Shown here one piece after another: positions 1-12,633 of a stretch of 64,000 nt of DNA (its first letter is position 1; every line of letters begins with the position of its first letter). The stretch lies in NCBI GenBank assembly GCA_907165135.1, contig OU015568.1:2046001-2110000 (forward strand), written 5' to 3'. The translations under genes and the position numbers were made by a program. Origin of the DNA: Oikopleura dioica (Eukaryota; Animalia; Chordata). The notes under the pieces were generated by a model. The model had not been told where the DNA came from. It did not search any database and saw only the letters and a program-made list of their open reading frames with translations.

Positions 1-105
1 GTAATCACTGTACATATTATACCCTGTATAATAAAAAGATAGCAATTGAATAGTCATGCTTTATTGTTCATGAAGAAAATAAGCATCATTAAAAGCGCGA
101 TTAAT

Positions 106-513
106 TTACTTCTTGACGCAGGAAATCTTTCCAGGCTTTCGCTTCCAGCCCTTGTTGGACTTGCACTTGACAACTCCGTCGGACCAGGGTCTGTTCTGCT
201 TATCGGAGAATTGTTGGAAGCCTTTGTTGCATTGGAGCTTGCACTTTCGGCCCTTGCCTTTTTTGGTACCGTCATCGTTCAAGTTTCGCTGGCACTTCCA
301 CTTGCCATTTTCAACAGCTGGAATTTTCTGACCCTTGCACATTCCTAGAAAAATTAAACGCTAATCTTATAAAGAAAACTTACCTGGTCCTTTCTCGTCG
401 ACATCGAGAGCTCTCCAAGTTTTGCCATCCTCCGATTGTTGACCCTGATCGTCAAAATAGACGTCGACGAGCTGAGCTGACAAAGCACCGAAAAAAAGTC
501 CCAAAAGCTTCAT
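106..513 (-). CDS. Small secreted protein with one sushi/CCP-like Cys domain (2 exons: 513-384, 344-106)
   Basis: Exon 1 reads MKLLGLFFGALSAQ... (signal peptide), followed by a 39-nt GT-AG intron (345-383). Exon 2 reads GMCKGQKIPAVENGKWKC...CKLQCNKGF...VKCKSNKGW...ISCVKK, with sushi-like Cys/Trp spacing. Confidence 0.7.
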
Positions 514-834
514 TTTTTCAAAAGACTCTGATTCGAACCGCCGACCGAATCGTTTTTATGCGCGTGAGATAAGATAGACCGCCAGCTGTGGTAAGATTAA
601 TTCAGAGAAACGAATTCATGTCACATGAGTATAAACAGGCTTGATTTAAGGTTTATCTTTGGGATTTAGAAAATATTCTCAGCATTTTTCAATCATTTGA
701 CTTATCGACTAAGTCTTAGTATAAAGTCGCCAGTTTAGTCTTGTTGCAAGCAATCTTTTCTATCAAGAACCGTTAAATGGAGCTTTCAAGCCAAGTTAGG
801 ATTTCGAGTTCAGAACCTTTGTTTTTCAAAAGTC

Positions 835-906
835 CTCCCGAACCGGGAATCGAACCCGGGCCGCCGGAGTGAGAATCTGGAATCCTAACCCCTAGACCAT
901 TCGGGA
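835..906 (-). tRNA. tRNA-Glu (anticodon CTC)
   Basis: Reverse complement is TCCCGAATGGTCTAGGGGTTAGGATTCCAGATTCTCACTCCGGCGGCCCGGGTTCGATTCCCGGTTCGGGAG (72 nt). It has A/B boxes, a 7-bp acceptor stem and a downstream TTTT. There is one A.C mismatch in the anticodon stem. Confidence 0.95.
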
Positions 907-1873
907 CTTGTCTAACGACCTCAAGATAGTACCCACGCCCGAAGTTGTACTGGGAGTCTTTCAGTTACACCATAGATAATTATTTGGTCGACAGACAATC
1001 GAAGGTTTTCCAACTCAGACTCAACGACCGTCACAAACAAATAAGACTCCAGTTCAATGAATTCATTCTGAATCAGAATTTCTGATATCTTGTTTCGATC
1101 TTGTTGACAAACCATGGATCGACTAACGCTGGCTTTGGAATATCAAAATGTCAATCATGTTCATCACTCCTGAAATCCGCCAAAGGTTCAACTCACCTCC
1201 CTCTAAGCTTCAACTTTTAGCTTTATTTCAAATACCAAGCTGAGTCAGAAGAGAAAGCATCGCTTACTGAGCATGAAAGTTAACTTATTTCGTTTCATAT
1301 TTAGAAACATCGCGGGAGCTGTTTATCAATAAACCGAGGTCGCATAAACAACGCTCGGGAGTGCTATGAAATTTTCGGTTTTATGCTCGTGATTAATATT
1401 TGTCCTTGGGGTTTGATTTCAACTTGATTCACTGATCAGTCACTGATCATCAGTGATCAATGATCATTCTGGATCATCGCAACATAGAATTAGAAAGAAA
1501 AAAGAATTCATGAAATTTTTCAAAGAGAAATTTTATTGAAGCTCTCTTTTTCTATAATTGAATATTATTCTATGAGCGTAAATAAAATTATTATTTTTCA
1601 ACACGAGGAATTGAATTTTTCTAATGCCTCTTTCTGTCTAAATTTCGAATATCCGCGTGATTGATGTATTGGCATTAGGCCCTTTGTCGGTTTCTATAGA
1701 AGCACTGACTCTAGGATAACCGCGCAAACGCAGAAACCGTGTGGTTTTGACCCTGCGTCACAAGCGATCAGCTATCCGGAAGCAACCGATAATATATTTT
1801 GATGCGTGTCGGCCAGCTACTTATATCCAGCATCCGGTTGGAAAAAATTTAAAGAGAAATCAAATATAAAATA

Positions 1874-3527
1874 ATGAAAATAAATTGTGAAACTTTACTA
1901 CTTTTTCTTTGGCAGAAAATACAGGTATGATCGTACGAAAACTCCGCGCATATTAACCCTTTTATAGGGTAATCGAATTGAGTGGAAATTCGAAGGACCC
2001 GGGTTGAACGAGCAAGTCAATTTACCTGTAAGATATTTTTACGGGATACCTACTCAGAATGGAACGATTTTTTCTGATTTTGATCCTTCGGGTGAGTTTT
2101 TTTAAATCTTTACTCTTCTTCAAGAAGATGTAACCAACTGACAATAATTTATCTGTGAGATGAATTGTTCATCAAATTATAATTCGTTCAATCATTTTTA
2201 ATTCTTTATTCGAACACTTTTTTAGATATTTCGTTCAAAATAATCGATGAAAAATCAGGCAAACGAGCTCGAGCAAGAACAGACTTTGGAGTAACTCACG
2301 ATGGCCGCGTTCTCTTCCGATATAAAGTCATCTCCCCCTTTCTAACTTCGTCGACCCTCAAACTTCAATACCGAAACTCGCCAATCTTTGAAAAAACCTT
2401 CAAAAACCTTCTCTCGGAGTCCTGTTCCTGCCCAAAGTCTAGAGATGAATTCAAAAACTCTTTCCAATGCGAAGAGTTCAAGCATTTAACATCTTCATTC
2501 AACCGGTTGAAGAGCAAAAAAATCACAAAAGAGACCATCGCCAATCATTCTTCAAAAACCTTCGCCGACGACAGCGTTGTCCATTACATCATCAAGAACA
2601 ACAGACTTTATTCAAAGACCCTTTCTCCCAACCTAGATTTCAAGCGCTTCTCGGACGGCATCATTCTTTCCCTCCTCCGAAAAGTCAGGCTTCCAGACAT
2701 CGAATTCTTCTTCAACGTAGGTGACTGGCCCCTGTCTACAGATTTCCCGATCTTTTCTTGGTGTGGAAGCGATTCAACGAGCGATATCGTCGTTCCAACC
2801 TGGGATCAGATCAAAACAACGCTTCTTTCCATGTCAAAAATAAACGTTGACATCCTAACCATGCAGCTCAACGGGCCTAAATGGAAGCAAAAGGTCCCAA
2901 AAGGCTTTTTCCGGGGAAGAGATTCCTCAAAAGAAAGAATAAGGGTATCCTCTCTGAACAACACTTCAATAGACGCTGGAATAACCAGCTTTCAATTCCA
3001 TTCCCAAGGGGAAGATAAGAAGGTCCCGATCGTCCCAATGACCGATTTTGGCAACTTCAAATTTCAACTGCTGTTGGACGGGACTGTAGCTCCCTACAGA
3101 GCGCCCTACATCTTCCAAACAAACTCTTTAATCTTCAAACAGAAATCAAAATATGCTGAGTGGTGGTACCCATATTTGAGAAAGGACATCGATTTCGTTG
3201 AAGTAGACGAGAAAACTGAAAACATAGAAGAGAAAATACAATGGGCCCTGGAAAACGACGAAATTGCTGAGTGGATTGCTCAGAATGGATTCGACTTGAC
3301 AAGGGACCTTTTGAAGCCGGAAAATGTTTACTGTCATTATTTACAAGCATTTGAACAGTACAGGTACGCTTAAATTATACTTTTCTTTTTTCTAATGAGA
3401 AAATTCTAGCGAGTTGATGGATTTCGACCCTACCGTAACCGAAGACTTCGAACTTATCGACAAAGATCCAGAAATAACTGTATCAACCTGTAATTGCGAG
3501 ATGCATGAGAGTCATGATGAGTTGTGA
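1874..3527 (+). CDS. POGLUT2/3: Protein O-glucosyltransferase 2/3 (KDELC)-like, GT90/CAP10 family, multi-exon
   Basis: N-terminal GPGLNEQVNLPVRYFY; catalytic region LPDIEFFFNVGDWP...PIFSWCGS...DIVVPTWD...FFRGRDSS...YCHYLQ. The last exon ends HDEL-stop (ER retention). AATAAA follows. Confidence 0.9.
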
Positions 3528-4319
3528 ACACTAGAATTTCTAATTTACTGCACAAAAGTTGAATAAAAACAAACAACAAGTTATTATTCGTCAAATTTAT
3601 TGAGAAATCTTTTTCTGGCAAAATCGACAAAGTTTATAATACAGTGTGCTTGTGGGTTTGTGTTCGTAAAGTTCGTTACTGTTACGCGATATTAAAGCAG
3701 TATTAAATTGAATAAGGGAATTGTTAGATAAGATTAAATTAAAGTAAATGTATAAACTTGGTGATAAAGACTTGGAGGAAGAATACTGATTGGAAAGTGA
3801 CTAGGAAAGAAACTAAAAATAAAGAACTTAACTTTTGTTTTTGTCTTTTTTGAATTGGCTTGTTTTGTTAGATCTGATAAGAATTGGTGATGATTTCGCA
3901 TTCAGTGAGTGTTTGGCGACTCGGAAAGGAGTCTAGGCAGTGGGGTTTTTTCATTGACTGCATTTTTGTTACAAAGGGTTGAATTCCAGAGGGCAAAAAT
4001 CCTCAGAGAAGTCCGAACTAAAGCAGGGCTATTTTGAAAAAGTGAACGAAAGTAAATAGCCCCAGCGCAGCGCTAGAAAAAAGATAAATTGAAGCATTCT
4101 TGTTCGTTTTTAAAACTGAAAATTGCAGTTATCAACAAAACGCTCCCCGATAACAGTATATACAGTTAAAATTTATAAAAGTTTAAGCAGGTGCGCAACT
4201 ATAACTTTAACTCTTTTGTTAGGATGTCTGCGTTAATACTTATTTTGCTTCTTTCGATATTTAAAGTGTTTCGAGGTGAAGGAAGTTGGTGAGAGTCATG
4301 TTAAAAGAAAGGACCACTG

Positions 4320-5991
4320 CTACTGGAAGGAAGACATGTGCGAGGGCAGATTGGGGTCCAGATGCGGTGCGGCGGAATGGGATGGGTACGATCCCAGAGA
4401 GGCAACAGAAGCAGGAGGGTTCAGGACCGAGCCGGGGCCGAACTCGCTGTAGGGGATCTTGTTGGGCGGCACCTGAAATATCAGTTAAGAATTGCAAGAA
4501 AAATTGGACGATCGGCGCCACTTTTACGGGACCGACAATCTTAAAGCATGTTTACTTGATTCCAGTACTCACCATATTATCACTCGAAGAAGTGCCGTTA
4601 GCAGGTTGATTAGGAATTTGCGAAAAGTCGGGTTGCGAGCCAGTTGGCGGCACTGGCTGACTCGGTAATTGCGATTGAGGCAGTCCCATCGAGCTTGGAT
4701 CGGCCCCGTCCGGCCTTCTCTTGAGGCAGGCTGCTTTTGGGTTGAGATTGCGGTCGCGCACTTGATGCTCCAGATTCATGATCACGTTTACTGCGTGTTG
4801 TAGAATAGATAGTTTTGTCTAAAAGCGGGTTGTTAGAGACAGCAGTTATTCTAAAAGGACAGAAGTCGGTCTAATTGGATTTTTCTTTCGAATAATTTTG
4901 ACGGGTAACAGAAGCCTATTAGAATAATCAAGAACGAGCAAGTACGGTCCTTCCCTGTGAAAACCCAGTAAGTAACTTAGAACAATCGGATAATAGGAAT
5001 TCGAACGGATCTGAAAGCGAGTTCCCAAAACTAACCCCGTAAAGCAAAAAAGGAACTTGATGATTACCTGAGGCTTATCATTTTTGAGATGCATTTGAGT
5101 CATCCTGCCGAGCTCCTTGAAGGCTTCGTTGATATCCCTCACGCGTAACCTTTCACGAGCATTATTGGCGACTCGTCTCTGCCTCTCACGCTCCTCTCGT
5201 TCGGCTGGCGTCAGCATTGACAGATCTTCTTCTTTTTCTTGCTTTGCTGGGAGCATGTGTCCGCCTTCAAAAGCTTTTTAAAAAAAATATCATCAATAAA
5301 GCAAAAAAGGACTTCAAAAACAAGACAATTTATCAGTCAGGTGACTATTCTCTTACCTTTTTCATAAGGACTAGGCCTGGATTTCTCCTTTTTCTTCTTC
5401 GTTTCCGCCTTCCCAAGATTTGGCGCTTCAGGAACCTGCCCTGGATAGCCGCCCATTTGCGCCCAAGGATTCGGATACCCTGAAAGAAAAACACAATCAA
5501 TAGACGGAAGAGGGGGTTTGAAATCCTACCAGGAAGTCCCATGCCAGGCGTTTGAGGTCGAACGCCCGGCAAGCCTCCTTGAAGCGCGTTCAGTCCAGCC
5601 AGGGGGTTGAAATCTTGACCCCATGGATATTGCATCCCGCCATTTTGATCCCCCGGTATACTCTATAAAAATCAATAACACTAAGAATATTAATTGACTA
5701 AAAGTAAACACTGGCTCAACATGAAGGAATAAGCTGGTCTTCCTGTGTAGTAACCTGAGTCAGGATCCTGAAAGAGCTTCAATGAAAAGCTGCTCGTTCA
5801 GGGGTTGATTCAGGTATTAACACAGGTTACCGAACCTAGATCGCGGTAAACGATGTCTACTCTCTTAGCTGTACCTGTGGCAAGTATGGATTTCCAGCAG
5901 CAAGTCCTGTTGCCCATTGATTCGCAGCTGCAGCGGCCGCGGCTGCCGCATGATTCGGATCATTCGCTGGATCTGCTGCGTGATCTGCCAT
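4320..5991 (-). CDS. TCF12: Class I bHLH E-protein (TCF3/TCF4/TCF12/daughterless family), about 6 exons
   Basis: [42 protein letters not shown] joins across GT-AG intron 4819-5074 to [35 protein letters not shown]. Upstream exons are traceable to [11 protein letters not shown] at 5991. Vertebrate paralogue assignment is not resolvable. Confidence 0.92.
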
Positions 5992-6277
5992 CTTTTGTTT
6001 CTCTCTTCAATTTTCAATCGTCTCTCAATCCAGAATTTCTCAGTTTCGATTCTTGTTTTTACACCGCGGGATGAAGAGGCGCTAAATATGTTGTTATTTA
6101 GAGCTGTTTGTACTAAATCTGCGTCAGGTGCAGAAATCCTGATGCGCCGCGGGATGCGCCCAAGTGTGAACAAATATGTAGGAAACTTCACGCGCCGCTG
6201 CTTTTCTTGAGCAGCATCCCCTTAATAAGGCGATAATTACCTTTCCAAGTGGAACTAGCAAAATGCTTCTTCTATTC

Positions 6278-6867
6278 AGACGAATTTCAATAAGGATTTC
6301 TGAGTGAAATTCTAACCCCCCTTTTTTATTGGCTCATTGGAAAGAGCGTAAAAAGTTATCCTCGATTCGCCCAAAAGGATGAAATTTCCCCGAAATGACG
6401 TCATGGCACGTGACCAAAGTTCCAAAAGTACCAAAACTTTGGACGCTCCGCATTTTCGATCCACTTTAGCTATCAGGGCGTGCGATAGTGGAAAATGATC
6501 GTTGCAACGAGAGCTATGCGTGCATCTAGGTTTAATCCCTTCAAAAATTTTTTCAACCCTTTTCATAATTTCATAATTTCAATTTTTTGAAAAAATTTTG
6601 GAGGGATGAAACCTAGATGCACGCATAGCTCTCGTTGCGACGATCATTTTCCACTATCGCACGCCCTGATAGCTAAAGTGGGTCGAAAATGCGGAGCGTC
6701 CAAAGTTTTGGTACTTTTGGAACTTTGGTCACGTGCCATGACGTCATTTCGGGGGAAATTTCATCCTTTTTTGGGCGAATCTAGGATAACTTTTTACGCT
6801 CTTTCCAATGAGCCAATAAAAAAGGGGGGTAAGAATTTCACTCAGAAATCCTTATTGAAATTCGTCT
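6278..6867. repeat. Long inverted repeat (about 280-bp arms, about 30-bp spacer), foldback/MITE-like
   Basis: 6278-6556 is the reverse complement of 6587-6867 with a few substitutions and indels. This produces the mirror ORFs 6312-6566(-) and 6606-6959(+). No clear TSD. Confidence 0.95.
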
Positions 6868-9634
6868 CAAATGTGGTTCTCTTGTTTGTTCTCTTCCTCG
6901 ATTCTAGTTGTTGGTTCTTTTCTTGTTTGTTGTTTCTCGATGACGATCAGCTTCTCTAACTACAGTGAGTTCTTACTGTAACGTTTTCTGAAAAAAGCAG
7001 CGGTTAAAATTGGTATTTACTATTTTGAAAAAGAAAGGCGCCTTTTTGTAAGACAGCGGGGCGCGTTGCGAACAGAGAGTGGAATATCTAGACACCTTGG
7101 CGCCAGAAAATCACCCTAAGGGTGAATCAAAGTGAATTTTCACGCACCACCACCCACGCAGGGATAGTGCTGGTGTGGTGCAGCAGCGCTTATAATAATG
7201 GGTGCGCACTCGCATTTCGTTTTTTTTTTCTGGTGGAGGTGTGAGTTGTGCGCCAGCACGCGTAGCGAAATTGGTGTTTGATGACTAGCAAATTACCACA
7301 CAGAATTTTCGGAAGGAATTGGTACACAGATGGTTATGGAATGCAAAGATAATAATTTAATTATTATTTAATCAAGGCAAAGTAACAGAAAGAAGTATAG
7401 AAACTAAACACTATTTTTACAAAAGAGTTGATCAAAAATGTATGCATGGGGCCATTTTTATATCAAATTGTTACGATTGATTTTGTAAGAAAAGAAGAAT
7501 TTTCACGATAATTGGATTATTGATGTTTAAAAAACCTTTAATTTGAAACTGTTTTCCGATAAGCAAGAATCTGACAGTGATAAAAAGACTGATTCAACAC
7601 TTATATAGACGTACTTATATTCTAGTAAAGGCAATTTTGCACGAATATCTTCGCGAGGATAAAATTATCGTGGCCGTCAAGTTTTCAAAATTATCCCGCG
7701 AATTACACCGCGCTTGTTTTTCTTGGAGCATCAAGAATAATAAATCATCTCTCGGCGCACGAGCCAGACCTTTCCTGGAATTTAATTCAAAATCTCCTCG
7801 CTCTTTTTCTTTCTCGAATTTCAAAACTTTCACGCTTTTTTGACGGGCTTTTGAATTTCTCTCAATTTAAATTTCCTTTCATAATTATTCATAACTCGCT
7901 ATGGACTTACACGCGAGCGGTCGTATATGAATAGAGCGGTAGATAGAGCGTAGAATCAATAAAAAATTAACTCGATTTACGTCTCCCCTTGTTTGAATAG
8001 CTCTACGAAGGGAGGTCGGCTTCGCCATCTGTCAAATTCAAATCTGTCAGTTTAACACTCAAACCGTCACTTTTTCGTTGTGAATTTGAGGAACCTGGCT
8101 TAGCTACAAGAAACTACCATTTTTAACATTCAAATTGACAGCCAAAAAATCATAAAATCTTGAAGATAAATTCCACAATGACTCATTGAGCTCATTGTCA
8201 ATGAGCTTGACGCCCTTAATTTTCAGTTTTTTTCTTGAAACTCAATTTTGAGAACTCAGAACTGGCAATTTAGAAATATGGCTCAAGTAAGTTTACCCGA
8301 GGAAAGTGTGTAAAAGAAGATAAAGTAAACATCGTTGATATTTCCGCTGGCACTTAGGGCCCGCGATACCCCTTTTTTTTATCAGCAGTCCTTGGGTCAA
8401 GTAGCCCGTGTTCACCCGTGTCAAATTTGCCCGATTTGCGGCCGGATGATTTTGGAAGCAAAAAATTACAGCTCTCCAAAATCGGCAAGATTAGCAGTCA
8501 TTCTTATCAAATCGGAGGGCTCTGGCACACTTGACCGCGTCGGAAAAAACATGATCATCGGCTATTAGCCTGTTTCCTGTGGCCATTCGTTCTCTTGGCC
8601 GGAAGCTGAGAAGCGTGAAATCGCCTAGCCTAAGGATCGTTCAACAGATATATATAATTTCCGGAAATTCAATTTTCACACGCGAAAGTCAAAATTTGAA
8701 GAATTACATAACCTTCACTTTTGATACTGAAAACAAAGTTATTCTTCGATGCAGCAGGTGCACGGGCCAGCTATTCTCTGTGAAAAAGAAAGCTTCGTTC
8801 TGGGGCCATTTGCTGAGTGGTGCTAAGCCAGCTTTCACTAGCAGGTTCGCCCAGCGAGATAGTGAAAATCTCCCTCGGCCTTAGTGTTACTCCTCATATT
8901 TATAACCCCAACTACCACTGTTTATCGCGGCTCGCCTACAGGAAGGGGTCATTATGAGACTACCTTTTTAGTCTGACCTCGGAACCTGACTCAGGTTTTT
9001 CGCACATGTTGTTGAACACAGGTTTTAGTCAAATGTTCGGGCAAAAGTAAACATTGTCAATCTTAATTTCATTATTCAAAAATTACTTGATTTTCAGCGA
9101 TAAAAAGGTTAAACATAAGATAATTAAATAAAAATGAATTAGAATAAAATTATGATAATAAAATGGTTGTTACAAGCATCTTCTTTGTTGAAGTCTTCTA
9201 CGAATTCCTTTTCTTTTCAGTAAATCTCTATTTTTCAAAAATGAGGGATTAGTTAAGTCGGATCTTCAAGAAAAAAGTTGCGTCCGGTTTTTGGGATTTT
9301 GAAAAATCGTCTCGGCGAGCGGGGAGATGCGCCCACCGACGCATTATGACGGCTGGGCCAATCAGCTGGCGTCTGGCGCAAGACACCCGTCGAGCGCGAA
9401 TCGATTCAGAAAATGCAGCTCTCAGCATTTTCACCCCACCGGGCGCGCTTGGCTTTGCCCCGGGGATGAGCCGCCTTCTGAGCCCTTTCTCTTTATTTCC
9501 TCGTTGATTTCAGCATCAAATATATTCAAAATTTGATGGGTAATTCAAATTTAATGCAGATAAGTAGTTTAAGACGGACATGAACAAAAAATTTGTTTAT
9601 TAAGAATTTCATGAAGAAAATAAGCAAGGAGTTC

Positions 9635-10260
9635 TCAAGCGCCGAAGTAATCAGTAATAAAGTCGTCGAAGTCGAAGGATTTCATGTCAATGTTCAGCGC
9701 ATCAACAGGTGCTTTTCGCTTCTCCACTCCTGGTTTAGCTAATTTTGCCAAGTCTGAATGCAGTAAAGTTTGTTTAAAAACCTTGAACGAAAAAATAAAG
9801 ACCTGGGAGTATCCAAAAAGGCGAGGCAAAAGCACAGCTAGCGACGTATCCAAAAACTTTCATTCTCGAATTGAACTGGCGAGAAAGTCTGCTGCTCGGT
9901 TTTTATGCAGGCGCGAAAATCTGTTGGGCTCATTATACTCAATCAAAACCCTCATTTCATCCGGGATCAGATCCTTCTGACGCGCGGGGAATCGGGAAAT
10001 GATCAATTATCTTCCTGGAACACGGTAGTTATCCTCTCGTAAGAATTTGAGACAACTGGTTTAAAGTGAACTTTAATTTCTTGCCAATAGATCCCCATTT
10101 TTGTGACAAATATCGCCAAGTCAATGATGAAATCAACAAGGAGAACCTTTTTTCGGAAGAAAATAATTTTTTGATAGTTTTAAACGATGAATTCCTGCTT
10201 GACATTTAACCCTTCCGGATGATGCAATACGCGTACTGTGAAACTTATTGACACGCCTCC
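9635..10260 (-). CDS. Possible lineage-specific gene (fragmentary)
   Basis: Open segments such as QKDLIPDEMRVLIEYNEPNRFSRLHK and the terminal ORF ...KRKAPVDALNIDMKSFDFDDFITDYFGA-stop. No recognisable domain. Confidence 0.3.
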
Positions 10261-10368
10261 AATTGATATTTATTCACAGAAATCATTCTCTTAAAATTCT
10301 CTTTAAAAACCGGTTCCCTGGTCAAAGAGCACCAGTCTTTGCTAAAGAGCCAGAGAAAATTGCAAAAA

Positions 10369-11969
10369 ATGAGGCATATTTCAAATGTTTTTGCCGGATT
10401 TGGCCTCGTCGCTTCTCAATCAAATGATTGCCCGTGAGTTTTTCAAGAGAAAAATGAGAGTTTCGAAACCATTATTTTTCAGAAATCAAGACGCTTACGA
10501 TGCTTGCCAAGCTCACAACAGCGGAGTTTTCGAAGATTGCATCGCATCATGCGAAGACAGCCGATGCCAGGCAATTTGTCTAGAGAACAATCAACTTGCA
10601 ATGGACGACTGTCCATGCTCAACCAATTGCCCGAACGGATGTGATGGCTGTCAGAGCACTTTCTGCGGTGCTTGCGACAATCCACAAGCTAATGACGTCA
10701 ACTATCAAGTCTGCGTTGACAAGAACTCCGGTTTCCTGGATTTTTGCTTGAAGCAGTGTTCTAATGATCCGACTTGTCACAGAACTTGCTACGATGAGTA
10801 TGAGTCCAATCTTGAGGACTGCCCTTGCATGAAAAACTGCCCTAATGGATGTCCTTGCGAAGACTCAACAAAGGCAAGGTTTTCGTCATTTTCAATAGTA
10901 ATTTTTTTTTCGTAGTGTGAGCGATATCTTCAAGTGATCAGCGATCTGGAGCTTGATCGAGTCAACTATTTGATTGGAAGCGAAGGTGATTTCCTTGAAC
11001 AACGATATTACTCGACTCCGGAGCCTCGAGTTGGTTCAAACGGATATCTTTACAAAGCTGGTCATGCCATGCTCAAGGGTCAGCTCTACCTTTTCGGCGG
11101 CGACTACGACTTTCGACGGGTGAGGTTAATTTTCTGAAAGGTTTTAAACATTAAAGGTGAGCATTCTGGCTGGATGCGAATTTGTCGATTTCGATTACAA
11201 GCTGCTCACCAATTTTGACGCGTACTTCGGCTCTGTTGCTGTCCAAAATGATTCAGAAGGTAGCTTCTTACCCTATCATCTTTTGTTCGAGTTTTTAGTC
11301 TATCTTTGCTTCCGAAACAATCCGTCCAAGACTTGCGAGGTGTTCAACGGCTCTAGCTCTCGAATTGAAGCAAGAGAGACGAATGTTGGTCACTATCGAG
11401 GTGCACTTGGAATGTATGAAAATCAACCTATTGCTGTCGGCGCTTGGTCCGCGACAGAAGGGATGAAAGTTGAAATTCTCGGCGAAGCCGCTTGGGAGCT
11501 CGTGCAGGACCATCCAGAGTAAAAAGATTCATGGAAAAGAAATATTTTCAGCAAAAATTCAGAACACACTACAGTGCTGGAGTGGTGACAGTACCAGAAG
11601 GAATTCTCTCCGTGGGTGGATACAGTTACGAAACCAACGCTGCGATGAGGGACGTCTATCTCTTCAGCAATCTTGAATGGTCACGTGTTGGAGAACTCAA
11701 TTTTGCAACTCGGTACAACACAGTTTACGCTCTTGGCAATAAGATTTTCTCAATCGCCGGAAATCAGTAAGTAAACGGCAGTTTCTTGTTTCTTAGATTT
11801 TGTTTTTAGGAGTCCTTACCAGTCGGAAAAGTTCACTTGGGATGAAGGCTCCATTTCGGACCAAGAAATGGTAATGGGCCATGGTCGGCAGTTCACAAGA
11901 CCAGTGGTTTGGGAATCAGAGCCTGGCCAGTGTGAAGATTCCTGCGAAAATTTCTGTTTTGCTCCTTGA
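10369..11969 (+). CDS. Secreted Cys-rich + kelch/beta-propeller-like protein (paralogue 1)
   Basis: Signal MRHISNVFAGFGLVAS..DCP|GTGAG, two CxxxC..CPCxxNCPNGC modules, then kelch-like blades (GQLYLFGGDYD, ALGMYENQPIAVG, ILSVGGY). Ends FCFAP-stop. Confidence 0.8.
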
Positions 11970-12633
11970 GATTTCTCATAGAAATTAAAAATCTGTCTAA
12001 AATTCCAGATTGGATGTTGTCCAAGATAGCTTGTTTTCTTGCTTACCTTATTATGAGAAACTTATTTTTAACTCGAAAAGTTAATTAAAATGCAGAGGGC
12101 GTGTTATGAGTTGAACCGTCACTGGAACGTGCCCCTCTTGAATCTTCACATTCCGACATAAGAAGAAGGGAAGCGCCAAATTCATCCCACGAGTGGAGCA
12201 TATCGAATTTTGAATAAAAGTAAAGCACCTTTATTCTGATTTGATTTGACGTAAGTTTTGACCTGAATATTCAAATTAAAGTCAAGATGGTCGAAAATTT
12301 TCCTTCGATAAAAAAAGGTGGCTAAAGAAGCACATACGAATAGTCATTTTTACCAAGATCTGGCAAATATCTTATTATTATTGGCAATAAGAGATCAAAA
12401 CAAAATTAAAATAGCTCAATTATTTTTTCGTTTGATCGGGCAACAACGTTAATTTTTATAAAACGTTTTTCAAAACGAAATGTTTCTTATCACAAAGGGA
12501 TCGAGACATGTTTTCTCATAATATTGAAAGCTAAGCTGATCGCCGCGTTTGTTTTCAAAATTCCTTTCGCTTTCCGATACGGACGCTCCCTACCGTAGAA
12601 CCCTACGTATTCCATATTCGAGGTAAAATTTAA

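Noticed and set aside
921-1115. 64-aa minus-strand ORF beside the tRNA-Glu
   Set aside because: No in-frame upstream exon or recognisable domain could be established.
6312-6959. Two near-identical ORFs (MK..PRCTHSSRC..) on opposite strands
   Set aside because: They are a by-product of the 6278-6867 palindrome; there is no coding signature or splice context.
7577-9536. Several 60-100 aa ORFs and GC-richer patches upstream of the TCF gene
   Set aside because: No coherent exon chain, domain or ncRNA signature; more likely regulatory DNA.
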